NCBI GenBank assembly: GCA_001443385.1
Contig: LDXP01000003.1
Span: 33,755 to 97,754 of the forward strand
DNA: 64,000 nt
Source of the DNA: Candidatus Rokubacteria bacterium CSP1-6
Lineage (GTDB): Bacteria > Methylomirabilota > Methylomirabilia > Rokubacteriales > CSP1-6
Direction: 5' to 3'
Shown: positions 23,588 through 32,980 of the stretch, piece by piece
Layout: each line of letters begins with the position of its first letter
Numbering within the stretch: position 1 is the first letter of the stretch
Position numbers and translations under genes: made by a program
Notes under the pieces: model-generated
Database searches by the model: none
Told to the model about the DNA's origin: nothing
The model's input: the letters and a program-made list of their open reading frames with translations, nothing else

Positions 23588-23616
23588 TTGAGCCGCCCCG
23601 GAGCGGGTGCTATAAT
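23588..23616 (+). promoter_or_regulatory. Candidate sigma70 promoter TTGAGC-17-TATAAT, ~8 nt upstream of the glcD ATG (leaderless or near-leaderless)
   Basis: Near-consensus -35 and perfect -10 hexamers with a 17-nt spacer; positions +/-1 nt. Confidence 0.45.
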
Positions 23617-23623
23617 CCCCGCC

Positions 23624-25096
23624 ATGACCACCCTCACCGAATCCCGGCGGCAATCCCTCGGGCGCGCCCTCGAGGGGATCGTCGGGAAGGCGGCCGTGCT
23701 CACCGATCCGCAGGAGCTGATGGTGTACGAGTCCGACGGCCTGACCCTCTTCCGGGCGCTGGCCGACTTCGTGGTCTTCCCCACGTCCACCCAGCAGGTG
23801 TCGGCGCTCGTCCGGCTGGCCGACGCGGAAGGCTTGCCCTTCGTCGCGCGCGGGGCGGGGACTGGGCTCTCCGGCGGGTGCCTGCCGACGGAAGGCGGGC
23901 TCGTGATCGCGCTCTCGCGGATGACCCGGATCCTCGAGGTGGACTACGACAACCAGCTGGCGGTGGTCGAGCCGGGGCTGGTGAACCTGCACCTGTCGTG
24001 GGCGGTGGGCCCGCGCGGCTACTACTACGCGCCCGACCCGGCGAGCCAGCAGGCCTGCACCATCGGCGGGAACATCGCCAACAATTCCGGCGGGCCGCAC
24101 ACGCTGAAGTACGGCGTGACGACCAACCACGTGCTCGGCCTGGAGGTGGTGCTCCCTGACGGCGAGGTGGTCTGGCTCGGGGGGAAGACCCGCGACCCCC
24201 TGGGGTACGATCTCACGGGCGTCTTCGTCGGCTCCGAGGGGACCTTCGGCATCGCGACGAAGATCGTGGTGCGCCTGCTCAAGAAGCCGCAGGCCGTGAA
24301 GACGGTGCTGGCGGCCTTCGACGAGATCGATCGGGCCTCGGAGGCGGTGTCGGCGATCATCGCCCGGGGCCTCGTCCCCGCGGCGCTCGAGATGATCGAC
24401 CAGGTGACGATCCAGGCCGTCGAGGACGCCTTCGGCTGCGGGTACCCGCGCGATGCCGCCGCGGCGCTCCTCATCGAGCTGGACGGGCTGGCGGCCGGGA
24501 TGGAGGCGCAGGCCGAGCGCGTGGTGGCGGCGTGCCGCGAGGCGGGCGCGCGCGAGGTGCGCACGGCGAAGGACGAGGCCGAGCGGCAGCTCCTCTGGAA
24601 GGGGCGCAAGTCGGCGTTCGGGGCCTACGGGCGCGTCTCGCCCGCGTACATGGTCATGGATGGGGTCATCCCGCGGACCAAGCTCCCGTACGTGCTGCGC
24701 CGGGTGAACGAGATCGTGGCGGCCGCCAACCTCCGCGTGGGGAACGTCTTTCACGCGGGCGACGGCAACCTCCATCCGAACATCCTGTACGATCCCCGGC
24801 GGCCGGGGGAGGAGGCGCGGGTGGTGCAGGCGGGGGCCGAGATCCTGAAGGTGTGCGCCGAGGTGGGCGGCTCCATCTCGGGCGAGCACGGCATCGGCCT
24901 CGAAAAGATGGACTACATGCCGTTCATCTTCTCGCCCGCCGATCTGGCCACGATGCACCGGGTGAAAGAGGCCTTCAACCCGCGCGGGCTCTGCAACCCC
25001 GGCAAGATCTTTCCGACCAAGAAGTCCTGCGTGGAGACGGGGCCCGCATACCGCGCGCATCCGATCGAAGAAAAAGGCCTCGCCCAGCGCTTCTAG
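23624..25096 (+). CDS. glcD: Glycolate oxidase subunit GlcD (FAD-linked oxidase)
   Basis: FAD-binding PCMH domain (FPTSTQQVSALVRLA..., GAGTGLSGG) plus the C-terminal FAD-oxidase domain. Confidence 0.85.
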   Translation: MTTLTESRRQSLGRALEGIVGKAAVLTDPQELMVYESDGLTLFRALADFVVFPTSTQQVSALVRLADAEGLPFVARGAGTGLSGGCLPTEGGLVIALSRMTRILEVDYDNQLAVVEPGLVNLHLSWAVGPRGYYYAPDPASQQACTIGGNIANNSGGPHTLKYGVTTNHVLGLEVVLPDGEVVWLGGKTRDPLGYDLTGVFVGSEGTFGIATKIVVRLLKKPQAVKTVLAAFDEIDRASEAVSAIIARGLVPAALEMIDQVTIQAVEDAFGCGYPRDAAAALLIELDGLAAGMEAQAERVVAACREAGAREVRTAKDEAERQLLWKGRKSAFGAYGRVSPAYMVMDGVIPRTKLPYVLRRVNEIVAAANLRVGNVFHAGDGNLHPNILYDPRRPGEEARVVQAGAEILKVCAEVGGSISGEHGIGLEKMDYMPFIFSPADLATMHRVKEAFNPRGLCNPGKIFPTKKSCVETGPAYRAHPIEEKGLAQRF

Positions 25097-25100
25097 CGTC

Positions 25101-26435
25101 GTGCACTCCGCGCTCCTCGACAAGATCCGGGGAATCGTCGGCGCCGAGTCCGTCCTGACCGGAGTCGAGCTCTCCCCCTACGTTCTTGAGGGCCGGACCC
25201 CGGCGGCGGCCGTCTTTCCCGGCTCGGTGGAGGAGGTCAGCGCGCTCCTGGCGCTGGCCTCGGACGAGGGGATCGCCGTCACCCCCTGGGGGGGCGGCAC
25301 CAAGATCGCCATCGGGGCGCCGCCGGAGCGGCTGGGGCTGGTGCTGGGGCTCCGCCGGCTCAACCGGCTCCTCGAGCACGAACCCGGCGACCTGACGGCG
25401 ACGTCCCAGGCGGGCATCACGCTGGACGCCCTCCAGGGGCGGTTGGCGGCTCGGGGGCAGTGGCTCTCGCTCGATCCCGCCTTCGGGGAGCAGGCGACGC
25501 TCGGTGGGATCCTGGCGGCCAATGCCTCGGGGCCGCGGCGGCATCTGTATGGCACGGCCCGCGACCTCTTGATCGGCGTCACCGTGGTGGCGGCCGACGG
25601 GTCGGTGGTGAAGGGCGGCGGCAAGGTCGTCAAGAACGTGGCGGGCTACGATCTGCCGAAGCTCTACATCGGCTCCTTCGGTACGCTGGGGATCATCGTC
25701 GAGGCGACCGTGAAGCTCCGGCCGCGGCCCGACGACGACCGGCTCGTCCTGACGTGCTTCGAGCGGCTGAAGGATTGCGGCCAGGCGGTCAGGCTCGTCC
25801 TGGCGTCCGACCTGATCCCGTCGGCCGTGGACCTGCTGGACGGCGAGGCGCTCCGGGGCGTGGGGCTGGCGCCGGGCGTGGAGACGGGCGGCGCCCTGCT
25901 GCTGGGCTTCGACGGCATGCGGGAGCAGGTCGAGTGGCAGTGCGAGGAAGCCCGGCGGCTGCTGGCCGGCGCGGGGCCCGTGGCGCAACGGGTGCTGGAG
26001 GCCGAAGCGCGGGACGCGGCGTGGCGGAGTGTGCGCGAGCTTGGCGGGCGCGTCTTCCCCGAGGCGGCGGCGCAGCTCAGGCTGGCGGTGCTCCCGTCGC
26101 AGGTGGCCGAGGTAATCGAGCAGGCCGGGGCCGCGGCCCAGCGCTGCGGCCTCCGGGCCGCCTTCGGGGCCCACGCGGCGGTCGGCATCGTGACCGCGGT
26201 GCTGGCCGGGGGCGGCGAGTCGGCCCAACCCGTCATCGCCGCCCTCCGGGAATGGCGGGAGTTGGTGCGCGCCGCGGGCGGCCACGCCGTCCTGGAGCGC
26301 GCGCCGCTGGCGGTCAAGGAGCAGGTGGCGGTGTGGGACCCCCCCGGCCCCGCCGGGAGGATCATGGAGCGCATCAAGATCCAGCTCGACCCCAAGGGGA
26401 TTCTCAACCCCGGTCGATTCGTCGGCGGGATCTAG
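25101..26435 (+). CDS. glcE: Glycolate oxidase FAD-binding subunit GlcE
   Basis: FAD-binding PCMH domain protein directly after glcD. Confidence 0.8.
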   Translation: MHSALLDKIRGIVGAESVLTGVELSPYVLEGRTPAAAVFPGSVEEVSALLALASDEGIAVTPWGGGTKIAIGAPPERLGLVLGLRRLNRLLEHEPGDLTATSQAGITLDALQGRLAARGQWLSLDPAFGEQATLGGILAANASGPRRHLYGTARDLLIGVTVVAADGSVVKGGGKVVKNVAGYDLPKLYIGSFGTLGIIVEATVKLRPRPDDDRLVLTCFERLKDCGQAVRLVLASDLIPSAVDLLDGEALRGVGLAPGVETGGALLLGFDGMREQVEWQCEEARRLLAGAGPVAQRVLEAEARDAAWRSVRELGGRVFPEAAAQLRLAVLPSQVAEVIEQAGAAAQRCGLRAAFGAHAAVGIVTAVLAGGGESAQPVIAALREWRELVRAAGGHAVLERAPLAVKEQVAVWDPPGPAGRIMERIKIQLDPKGILNPGRFVGGI

Positions 26436-26449
26436 CGACCGAGGGAACG

Positions 26450-27781
26450 ATGGCGCACGCGGCGACGCTCGAGCCTCTGGACCCGACCCATCGGCTCGCC
26501 ACGCTCGAGGGCGTGGACGAGGGGGTCAACACGTGCGTTCACTGCGGGCTTTGCCTGCCCTACTGCCCGACCTACGCGGAGCTCGGGACGGAGATGGATT
26601 CGCCCCGCGGCCGGATCGTCCTGATCAAATCGCTGGCCGAGGGGCGCATCGCGCTGACCGAATCCGTGGTGGACCACCTGTCGCTCTGCCTGGGCTGCCG
26701 CGCCTGCGAGACCGTCTGCCCGTCCGGCGTCCCCTACGGCCAGCTCATCGAGGCCGCGAAGGCGGAGATCGAGCGCCAGCGACCGGGCGGGCCCCTGCGC
26801 CGGCTTTTCCGGTGGGTGAACTTCGCCCTGCTCTTGCCCCGGCCCCGGCTCTTGGGGCTGGCGGCCTCGGCCCTCCGGATCTATCAGCGGAGCGGGCTCC
26901 AGCGGCTGGTTCGCGCCACACGGCTCCTCCGGCTGCTGCCGGGGGGGCTCCCCGCCTGGGAGGCACTCCTGCCGGATCTGCCGCCGGCGCGTGAGCGTGG
27001 GCGGCTGCCGGAAGTCGTTCCGGCGGAGGGTGCGCGGCGCGGCCGCGTCGGGCTCCTCACCGGGTGCGTCCAGGCCGTGGTCTTCGGCGCTCACAATCGC
27101 GCCACGGCCCGGGTCCTCGCGCTCAATGGTGTCGAGGTCCGTGTTCCGCGCGAGCAGGCGTGCTGCGGGGCGCTTCACGCCCACGCCGGCGAGCATGCGC
27201 GCGCCCAGGAGCTGGCGCGGCGGACCATCGACGTGTTCGACGCCGTGTCCGTCGAGGCCGTCGTGGTGAACTCGTCGGGCTGCGGCGCCCACATGAAGGC
27301 CTACGGGCACCTGTTGAAGGACGACCCCGTGTACGCCGAGCGGGCCCGGGCGTTTTCGCTGAAGGTCCAGGACGTCGCCGAGTTTCTGGCTCGCGAGCCG
27401 CTCCGGGGGCCGCGGGCCCCGGTGCCCATGACGGTGACCTACCACGACCCCTGCCACGTGATTCACGGGCAGAAGATCAGGAACCAGCCGCGGCAACTGC
27501 TGGGCCAGATTCCGGGGCTCACGCTCGTCGAGCTCAAGGAAGCCGACTGGTGCTGCGGCTCGGCCGGGATCTACAACCTGACCCAGCCCGAGATGGCCGC
27601 GCGCCTCCAGGAGCGGAAGGTGCAGCACATCCTCGCGACGGGCGCGGCGGCGGTGGTGACGGCGAACCCCGGGTGCATCATCCAGATCGTCCAGGGGCTC
27701 CGGGCCAGGGGCTCCCCGATCAAGGTCCTGCATCTGGTCGAGATTCTGGACGCGGCGTACCGGCGGGGGCCGGAGGCGTGA
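26450..27781 (+). CDS. glcF: Glycolate oxidase iron-sulfur subunit GlcF
   Basis: Two 4Fe-4S ferredoxin CxxCxxCxxxCP motifs and the CCG domains; ATG 26450 after GAGGGA. The upstream track extension is out-of-frame relative to glcE. Confidence 0.85.
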   Translation: MAHAATLEPLDPTHRLATLEGVDEGVNTCVHCGLCLPYCPTYAELGTEMDSPRGRIVLIKSLAEGRIALTESVVDHLSLCLGCRACETVCPSGVPYGQLIEAAKAEIERQRPGGPLRRLFRWVNFALLLPRPRLLGLAASALRIYQRSGLQRLVRATRLLRLLPGGLPAWEALLPDLPPARERGRLPEVVPAEGARRGRVGLLTGCVQAVVFGAHNRATARVLALNGVEVRVPREQACCGALHAHAGEHARAQELARRTIDVFDAVSVEAVVVNSSGCGAHMKAYGHLLKDDPVYAERARAFSLKVQDVAEFLAREPLRGPRAPVPMTVTYHDPCHVIHGQKIRNQPRQLLGQIPGLTLVELKEADWCCGSAGIYNLTQPEMAARLQERKVQHILATGAAAVVTANPGCIIQIVQGLRARGSPIKVLHLVEILDAAYRRGPEA

Positions 27782-27786
27782 CGCCA

Positions 27787-28305
27787 GTGGCTGACCCCGC
27801 GTCCGTTCCACGGGAGCACAAGGCCGGGGCGCCCAAGCGTGTCGCCTGCCTCGTGCTTACGATCTCCGACTCGAAGATGGCCGAGACCGACACGAGCGGG
27901 CAGTTGATCCGGGAACTTCTGACGGTGGCCGGGCACGAGGTCGTCCAGTCGGCCATCGTGAAGGACGAGCCTGGCCAGGTCCGGGACGTGATTTGCCGGG
28001 CGTGCGAAGATCCGCGCGTTCAGGCGCTCATCCTGACGGGCGGGACCGGGATCGCCTCGCGCGATTCGACGTTCGAGGCGGTGGAAGGCATGCTGGACAA
28101 GCGCCTCCCGGGGTTCGGGGAGCTCTTCCGCCTGCTCTCCTACGCGGAGATCGGGGCGGCGGCGATGCTCTCCCGCGCCCAGGCCGGGGTCCGGCAGGGC
28201 CGGCTCATCTTCTCCCTCCCCGGATCGCCCAACGCCTGCCGCCTTGCCCTGGAGAAGCTCATCCTCCCCGAACTGGGTCACCTCCTTCGGGAAGTCTCGC
28301 GCTAG
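27787..28305 (+). CDS. moaB: Molybdenum cofactor biosynthesis protein MoaB/MogA family
   Basis: MoCF-biosynthesis fold (LTISD, LILTGGTGIASRD); GTG 27787 after GGAGG. Confidence 0.75.
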   Translation: MADPASVPREHKAGAPKRVACLVLTISDSKMAETDTSGQLIRELLTVAGHEVVQSAIVKDEPGQVRDVICRACEDPRVQALILTGGTGIASRDSTFEAVEGMLDKRLPGFGELFRLLSYAEIGAAAMLSRAQAGVRQGRLIFSLPGSPNACRLALEKLILPELGHLLREVSR

Positions 28306-28363
28306 GGGGTTGCGGGTGGCGCTATACTGGGGGATAACAGCTGTGGCTCAAGAGGAGGCTCGG

Positions 28364-29482
28364 ATGCGCCGGAGGGGAAGCTCGCTTGGGGTCGTAGCAG
28401 TTCTCTTGCTCGCGGGGTGCGCGGCCAGCGCGCCGGCCGGGGGTCCGCTCTGGCAGGAGGGCGCCGCCGGGGCCGTCCCCGCCGAGATCGCCCGGCTCAA
28501 CGACCACCTCGGCCAGCTGGCCGAGCGCCTGAAGCCCGGGCTCGTGCAGGTGCGGGTCCAGCGAGCCCAGCCGCCGGCCGGCGAGGGGCACGAGCCGGGC
28601 CCGCCCGATGAGCCGCGGCGCACGACGGGCTCGGGGTTCCTGATCCGCGAGGACGGGCTCCTCGTGACGAACGCCCACGTCGTCGGCGACGCCACGCGCA
28701 TCCAGGTGCGCCTGCAGGACGGGCGCCGCTTCGAGGGAACGCTGATCGGCAAGGACACCCGCGTGGACCTGGCCCTGGTGAAGATGGACGGCGCCCGGGG
28801 GCTTCCCGTCCTGCCGCTGGGCGACTCCAACCGCCTGCGGGTCGGGGAGTTCGTCCTGGCCTTCGGCCATCCCTTTGGGCTCGAGCACACCGTCTCCTTC
28901 GGGATCGTCAGCCGCAAGGGCGCGCCCCTCCGGGTCGCCGCCCCCGGCTTCGATTTCATCCAGACCGACGCCTCCGTGAATCCCGGCAACTCGGGGGGGC
29001 CCCTGGTGAACATGGCCGGCGAGGTCGTGGGCGTCAACAGCATGGCGGCCCGGAACGGCTCCATCGGGTTCGCGATCCCGGTGAATCTCGTGAAATCCCT
29101 CCTCCCCCAGCTGGTCGAGAAGGGCAAGGTGGAGTGGGGGTGGCTTGGGGTCGGGATCGACGAGATCTCCGAGGAGGATCTGGCCAAGCTCGGGCTGAAG
29201 GAGGCCCGGGGCGTGGTGATCCGCCGGGTCATGCCGGGCGAGCCTGCCGACAAGGGCGGCGTCAAGGCCAACGACGTGATTCTGTCGCTGGACGGCGCCC
29301 GGGTCGACACCCCCCGCGACCTCCAGCGGATGATCGCCACGGCCCCGGTGGGCAAGATCGTCAAGCTGACCGTCGTGCGCGAGGGGCAGGAGAAGGATCT
29401 CTCGGTGACGGTGGGGCTCTACCTGGAGCCGCCAGCCCGCCAGGAGTCCCCTGCTCGTCCTCGGCCCCGTCCCACTCCCTGA
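28364..29482 (+). CDS. htrA: Periplasmic serine endoprotease DegP/HtrA family (lipoprotein signal peptide)
   Basis: Lipobox LLAGC; catalytic His (TNAHVV), Asp, and Ser (GNSGGPLVN) all intact; one PDZ domain. Confidence 0.88.
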   Translation: MRRRGSSLGVVAVLLLAGCAASAPAGGPLWQEGAAGAVPAEIARLNDHLGQLAERLKPGLVQVRVQRAQPPAGEGHEPGPPDEPRRTTGSGFLIREDGLLVTNAHVVGDATRIQVRLQDGRRFEGTLIGKDTRVDLALVKMDGARGLPVLPLGDSNRLRVGEFVLAFGHPFGLEHTVSFGIVSRKGAPLRVAAPGFDFIQTDASVNPGNSGGPLVNMAGEVVGVNSMAARNGSIGFAIPVNLVKSLLPQLVEKGKVEWGWLGVGIDEISEEDLAKLGLKEARGVVIRRVMPGEPADKGGVKANDVILSLDGARVDTPRDLQRMIATAPVGKIVKLTVVREGQEKDLSVTVGLYLEPPARQESPARPRPRPTP

Positions 29483-29492
29483 GGCTCCCGGT

Positions 29493-29981
29493 CTAGCCCC
29501 GTCCCTGAGTCAGGGCCTTGAGTATGGCGCGGGCCCAGGGCGCGTCGAGGGAGGGCGTGGGAGCGTAGCGGAGCCCCCCGCTGATCCTGAGGCTGCTTTC
29601 CCACTCTGCCGGCGCGTCCTCGAGGACGTCCTCGACTCCGAGGACGAAGAGCCCGCAGTCAGGCAGGTCTTCGAGCAGGAGGGGTCCCGTCCGGGCCCGC
29701 GCCTTCACGTACACCGTCTGCTCCGGCTCCACGAGGAGGAGCGTGGCGACCCGCCGCTCGGCCAGGTTTCGCGCGCTCCGGCTCCCGGTGCCGATCACGA
29801 TCCGGATCGTCCGCGGATCGGCGGCGCGGACTTCGAGGGAGGAGAGGAGCATCGGGTGGGGTCGCCCTTCGGCGTCGAGGGTGATGAGCGGAATTGCCTT
29901 CCCGAGGTGGGCCGCGAGCTCCGCCTGCGACAGACGCGCCAGCACCTCGGCGGGCAGGCTCGGGCCCAGGCTCCGGGACAC
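29493..29981 (-). CDS. Pyridoxamine 5'-phosphate oxidase family FMN-binding protein (hypothetical)
   Basis: 162-aa ORF with a PNPOx-like split-barrel sequence pattern; weak assignment. Confidence 0.45.
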   Translation of the reverse strand: MSRSLGPSLPAEVLARLSQAELAAHLGKAIPLITLDAEGRPHPMLLSSLEVRAADPRTIRIVIGTGSRSARNLAERRVATLLLVEPEQTVYVKARARTGPLLLEDLPDCGLFVLGVEDVLEDAPAEWESSLRISGGLRYAPTPSLDAPWARAILKALTQGRG

Positions 29982-29993
29982 GGCCGCGGGAGG

Positions 29994-31223
29994 CTAGCTG
30001 CCGGGCTTGGCCGCGGGGGCTCCGGCGGCTGCGGAGGTGCCCTGGCCGTTATCGCCGATGGCGCAGGCCTGGCCCGCGCCCTCCGCGTGGATCGAGAGAT
30101 CCGTGATCGTCGGGGTCTTGCCGCAGAGCGGGCAGTTCGGATCCCGCCGGAGCTTCACTTCCCTGAAGCGCATGCCGAGCGCATCGAACGTCAAGAGGCG
30201 CCCGATCAGGGGCTCGCCGAAGCCCACGAGCAGCTTCACGGCTTCGGTCGCCTGCACCAGCCCGATCACTCCTGGGAGCACGCCCAGGACGCCGGCCTCG
30301 CTTCAGGAGGGGACGAGCCCAGCCGGCGGCGGCACGGGGTAGAGGCAGCGGTAGCAGGGGCCCTGGTCGGGGGCGAACACGGTGGCCATTCCCTCGAACT
30401 GGAAGATGGAGCCGTGGACGTTGGTCTTGCGCTGGAGGTAGCAGGCGTCGTTGACGAGGTACCGGGTCTCGAAGTTGTCGGAGCCGTCGATGATGAGGTC
30501 GTAGTCCTTGATGATCTCCGCGATGTTGTCCACGGTGATGCGGTGGGGGTAGGGGACGACCGTGACGTCGGGGTTGAGGGCCCGGATCGTCTCAGTGGCC
30601 GACTCCACCTTGGGGCGGCCGATGTCGGAAGTCCGGTGGAGGATCTGGCGCTGGAGGTTGGTGATGTCCACGCGATCGCCGTCCATGATCCCAAGCGTTC
30701 CGACGCCGGCGGCGGCGAGATAGTAGGCGGTGGGCGAGCCCAGGCCGCCGGCGCCGATCAGGAGGACCTTCGAGCGCAGGAGCTTCCGCTGGCCCTTTTC
30801 GCCGACCTGGCCGAGGAGGAAATGGCGGCTGTAGCGCTGGATCTGATCCGTGGTGAGCGGCGAGTCCTTGACGGTCGGATGGCCGGACTGGATCCACCGC
30901 TGGTAGCCGCCCGCCAGGTTGATGACGTTGGGAAACCCGAGGTCCTTGAGCGCCTTGGCGGCCAGCGCCGACCGGAGGCCCGTCTGGCAGTAGAGGATGA
31001 TGGGGACGCTGGGGTCGGGGGCGGCGGTCCCGATCCTGAACTCGAGGAAGCCGCGGCTGATGTTCACCGCCGGCTCGATGTAGCCGTCGCGGTACTCGTC
31101 CGGGTCGCGCACGTCGATCAGGACGAGGGGCTCGCCCGAAGCCAGGCGCGCCTGGAGCTCCTCCGGCCCTTCCTCCCGGATCGCCTGCCTGGCTTCCGCC
31201 AGCATCTCCCTCAGCGTCTTCAT
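29994..31223 (-). CDS. Rhodanese-ThiF/MoeB E1-like sulfur-carrier adenylyltransferase with an in-frame TGA (30303-30305), candidate selenocysteine
   Basis: ORFs 30303..31223 and 29994..30281 share one frame and are separated only by TGA. Joined product: N-terminal rhodanese (CQTGLRS active site), ThiF/MoeB Rossmann fold (LLIGAGGLGS), then CYRC...(TGA)SEAGV...PNCPLCG. The TGA sits where the conserved Cys of the E1 loop lies. Confidence 0.7.
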
Positions 31224-31300
31224 TCTCTAACTCCTTGCCCTATTTGCGAAAAGAGAATACCACCATTTCCGATCAAGTCAAGGGCATTCTCCAATCGCCC

Positions 31301-31330
31301 TTGTCGCCGCCCAAGGGCCCCTGCTATACT
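31301..31330 (+). promoter_or_regulatory. Candidate sigma70 promoter TTGTCG-18-TATACT upstream of rmlA
   Basis: Hexamers in a relatively AT-rich divergent intergenic region, 24 nt before the rmlA ATG. Confidence 0.4.
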
Positions 31331-31353
31331 CGCCTTATTTTAGGCGAACTTCT

Positions 31354-32415
31354 ATGAAAGGCCTCATCCTCGCCGGCGGCCGGGGCACCCGCCTCCGCCC
31401 GATCACGTATACCTCGGCCAAGCAACTGGTCCCGGTGGCGAACAAGCCGATCCTATTCTATGGGATCGAAGCCCTCGCCGCCTCCGGGATCCGGGAGATC
31501 GGCATCGTGGTCGGGGACACCAAGCGCGAGATCATGGACGCGGTCGGCGACGGCGCCCGCTTCGGGGTGCGCGTCACCTACATCGAGCAGGAGGCGCCAC
31601 TCGGGCTCGCCCACGCCGTCCTGGTGTCGGAGCCCTACCTCGGGGCCGACCCGTTCGTCATGTACCTGGGCGACAACCTGATCCGGGAGACGCTGGCGCC
31701 GCTCGTCCAGCGCTTCGGCGAAGAGAAGCCGAACGCCCAGATCCTCCTGGCCCACGTGCCCAACCCCCAGCAATTCGGCGTCGCCGAGCTGGCCGGCGGC
31801 AAGGTGGTGCGCCTGGTCGAGAAGCCGAGCCGGCCGCCCTCCGACCTGGCCCTGGTCGGGGTGTACATGTTCGACCGGACCGTCTTCGAGGCGGTGAAGG
31901 CGATCACGCCGTCCGCCCGGGGCGAGCTGGAGATCACCGACGCCATCCAGCGCCTGATCGACACCGGCCGCACGGTGCGGCCGCACGTGATCGAGGGGTG
32001 GTGGAAGGACACCGGCAAGCTCGAGGACCTGCTCGAGGCCAACCGGATCATCCTGGACACGATCGAGCCGCGGGTGGAGGGTGAGATCGAGGCCTCGGAA
32101 ATCCACGGGAAGGTCATCGTGGAGGCAGGAGCCAAGATCGTCAGGAGCGTCGTCCGCGGGCCGGCCATCATCGGCAAGGGGGCCAGCATCGAAAATGCCT
32201 ACGTCGGCCCCTTCACGGCGGTGGGGGATCAGGTGGTGATCCGGGGCAGCGAGGTGGAGCACTCGATCATCCTGGAGGGCTCCAGCATCACGGACGTCGG
32301 CGGGCGCATCGAGTCCAGCCTGGTCGGGCGCAACGTGGTGATCTACCGGTCCGAGTCCAAGCCCAAGTCCTACAACCTCATGCTCGGCGACCGGTCGCAG
32401 GTCGGCCTCGTCTGA
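31354..32415 (+). CDS. rmlA: Glucose-1-phosphate thymidylyltransferase (long form with C-terminal LbH domain)
   Basis: N-terminal GGRGTRLRPIT nucleotidyltransferase motif; 353 aa. Confidence 0.85.
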   Translation: MKGLILAGGRGTRLRPITYTSAKQLVPVANKPILFYGIEALAASGIREIGIVVGDTKREIMDAVGDGARFGVRVTYIEQEAPLGLAHAVLVSEPYLGADPFVMYLGDNLIRETLAPLVQRFGEEKPNAQILLAHVPNPQQFGVAELAGGKVVRLVEKPSRPPSDLALVGVYMFDRTVFEAVKAITPSARGELEITDAIQRLIDTGRTVRPHVIEGWWKDTGKLEDLLEANRIILDTIEPRVEGEIEASEIHGKVIVEAGAKIVRSVVRGPAIIGKGASIENAYVGPFTAVGDQVVIRGSEVEHSIILEGSSITDVGGRIESSLVGRNVVIYRSESKPKSYNLMLGDRSQVGLV

Positions 32416-32434
32416 GCCGAGCGGGAGCGCGCCC

Positions 32435-32971
32435 ATGGAGCTGAGCGGCGAGGCCCAGCGGCGGTTCCGACTCCAGGACTACACGCCGAAACCCTCGATC
32501 AAGGGCGTGGAGGTCGTCGAGCTCCACCGCCACACCGACGACGGCGGCTCCTTCACCGAGCTCGGCCGCTTCACGGCCGCCGTCAGCGCGGCGTTGGGCG
32601 GCTTCGTCCTGGCCCAGGTGAACTACAGCGAGCTGGAGCCGGGAGCGATCAAGGCCTTTCACCTCCACCGGCGGCAGACCGACGTCTGGTTCGTCCCGTC
32701 CGGGGACAAGATCCTCCTGGGGCTCGTGGATGTGCGGGGCGGCTCGCCCACTGAAGGGGTGCGCATGCGCCTGGTGCTGGGCGATGGCCATTCTCGCCTG
32801 GTGCTGATCCCGCCTGGGGTCGCGCATGGCTGTCGAAACCTGGCGCCGGCGCGGGGCCGGATCGTCTACTTCACGGACACGCACTTTGCCCCCGCCCCGG
32901 AGACCTCGGACGAGGGGCGCCTGCCCTGGGACTTCGCCGGCGCCGACCTCTGGGAGACCGGGCGGGAGTAG
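32435..32971 (+). CDS. rmlC: dTDP-4-dehydrorhamnose 3,5-epimerase-like cupin
   Basis: Cupin fold with RmlC-like motifs, sitting between rmlA and rmlB. Confidence 0.6.
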   Translation: MELSGEAQRRFRLQDYTPKPSIKGVEVVELHRHTDDGGSFTELGRFTAAVSAALGGFVLAQVNYSELEPGAIKAFHLHRRQTDVWFVPSGDKILLGLVDVRGGSPTEGVRMRLVLGDGHSRLVLIPPGVAHGCRNLAPARGRIVYFTDTHFAPAPETSDEGRLPWDFAGADLWETGRE

Positions 32972-32980
32972 AGGGGGCGC

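Noticed and set aside
23399-25123. 574-aa minus-strand ORF
   Set aside because: Antisense to glcD. The same holds for the 24975..26285 and 26432..27811 ORFs, antisense to glcE and glcF.
28308-28328. TTGCGG/TATACT hexamers upstream of htrA as a promoter
   Set aside because: The spacer is only 7 nt.
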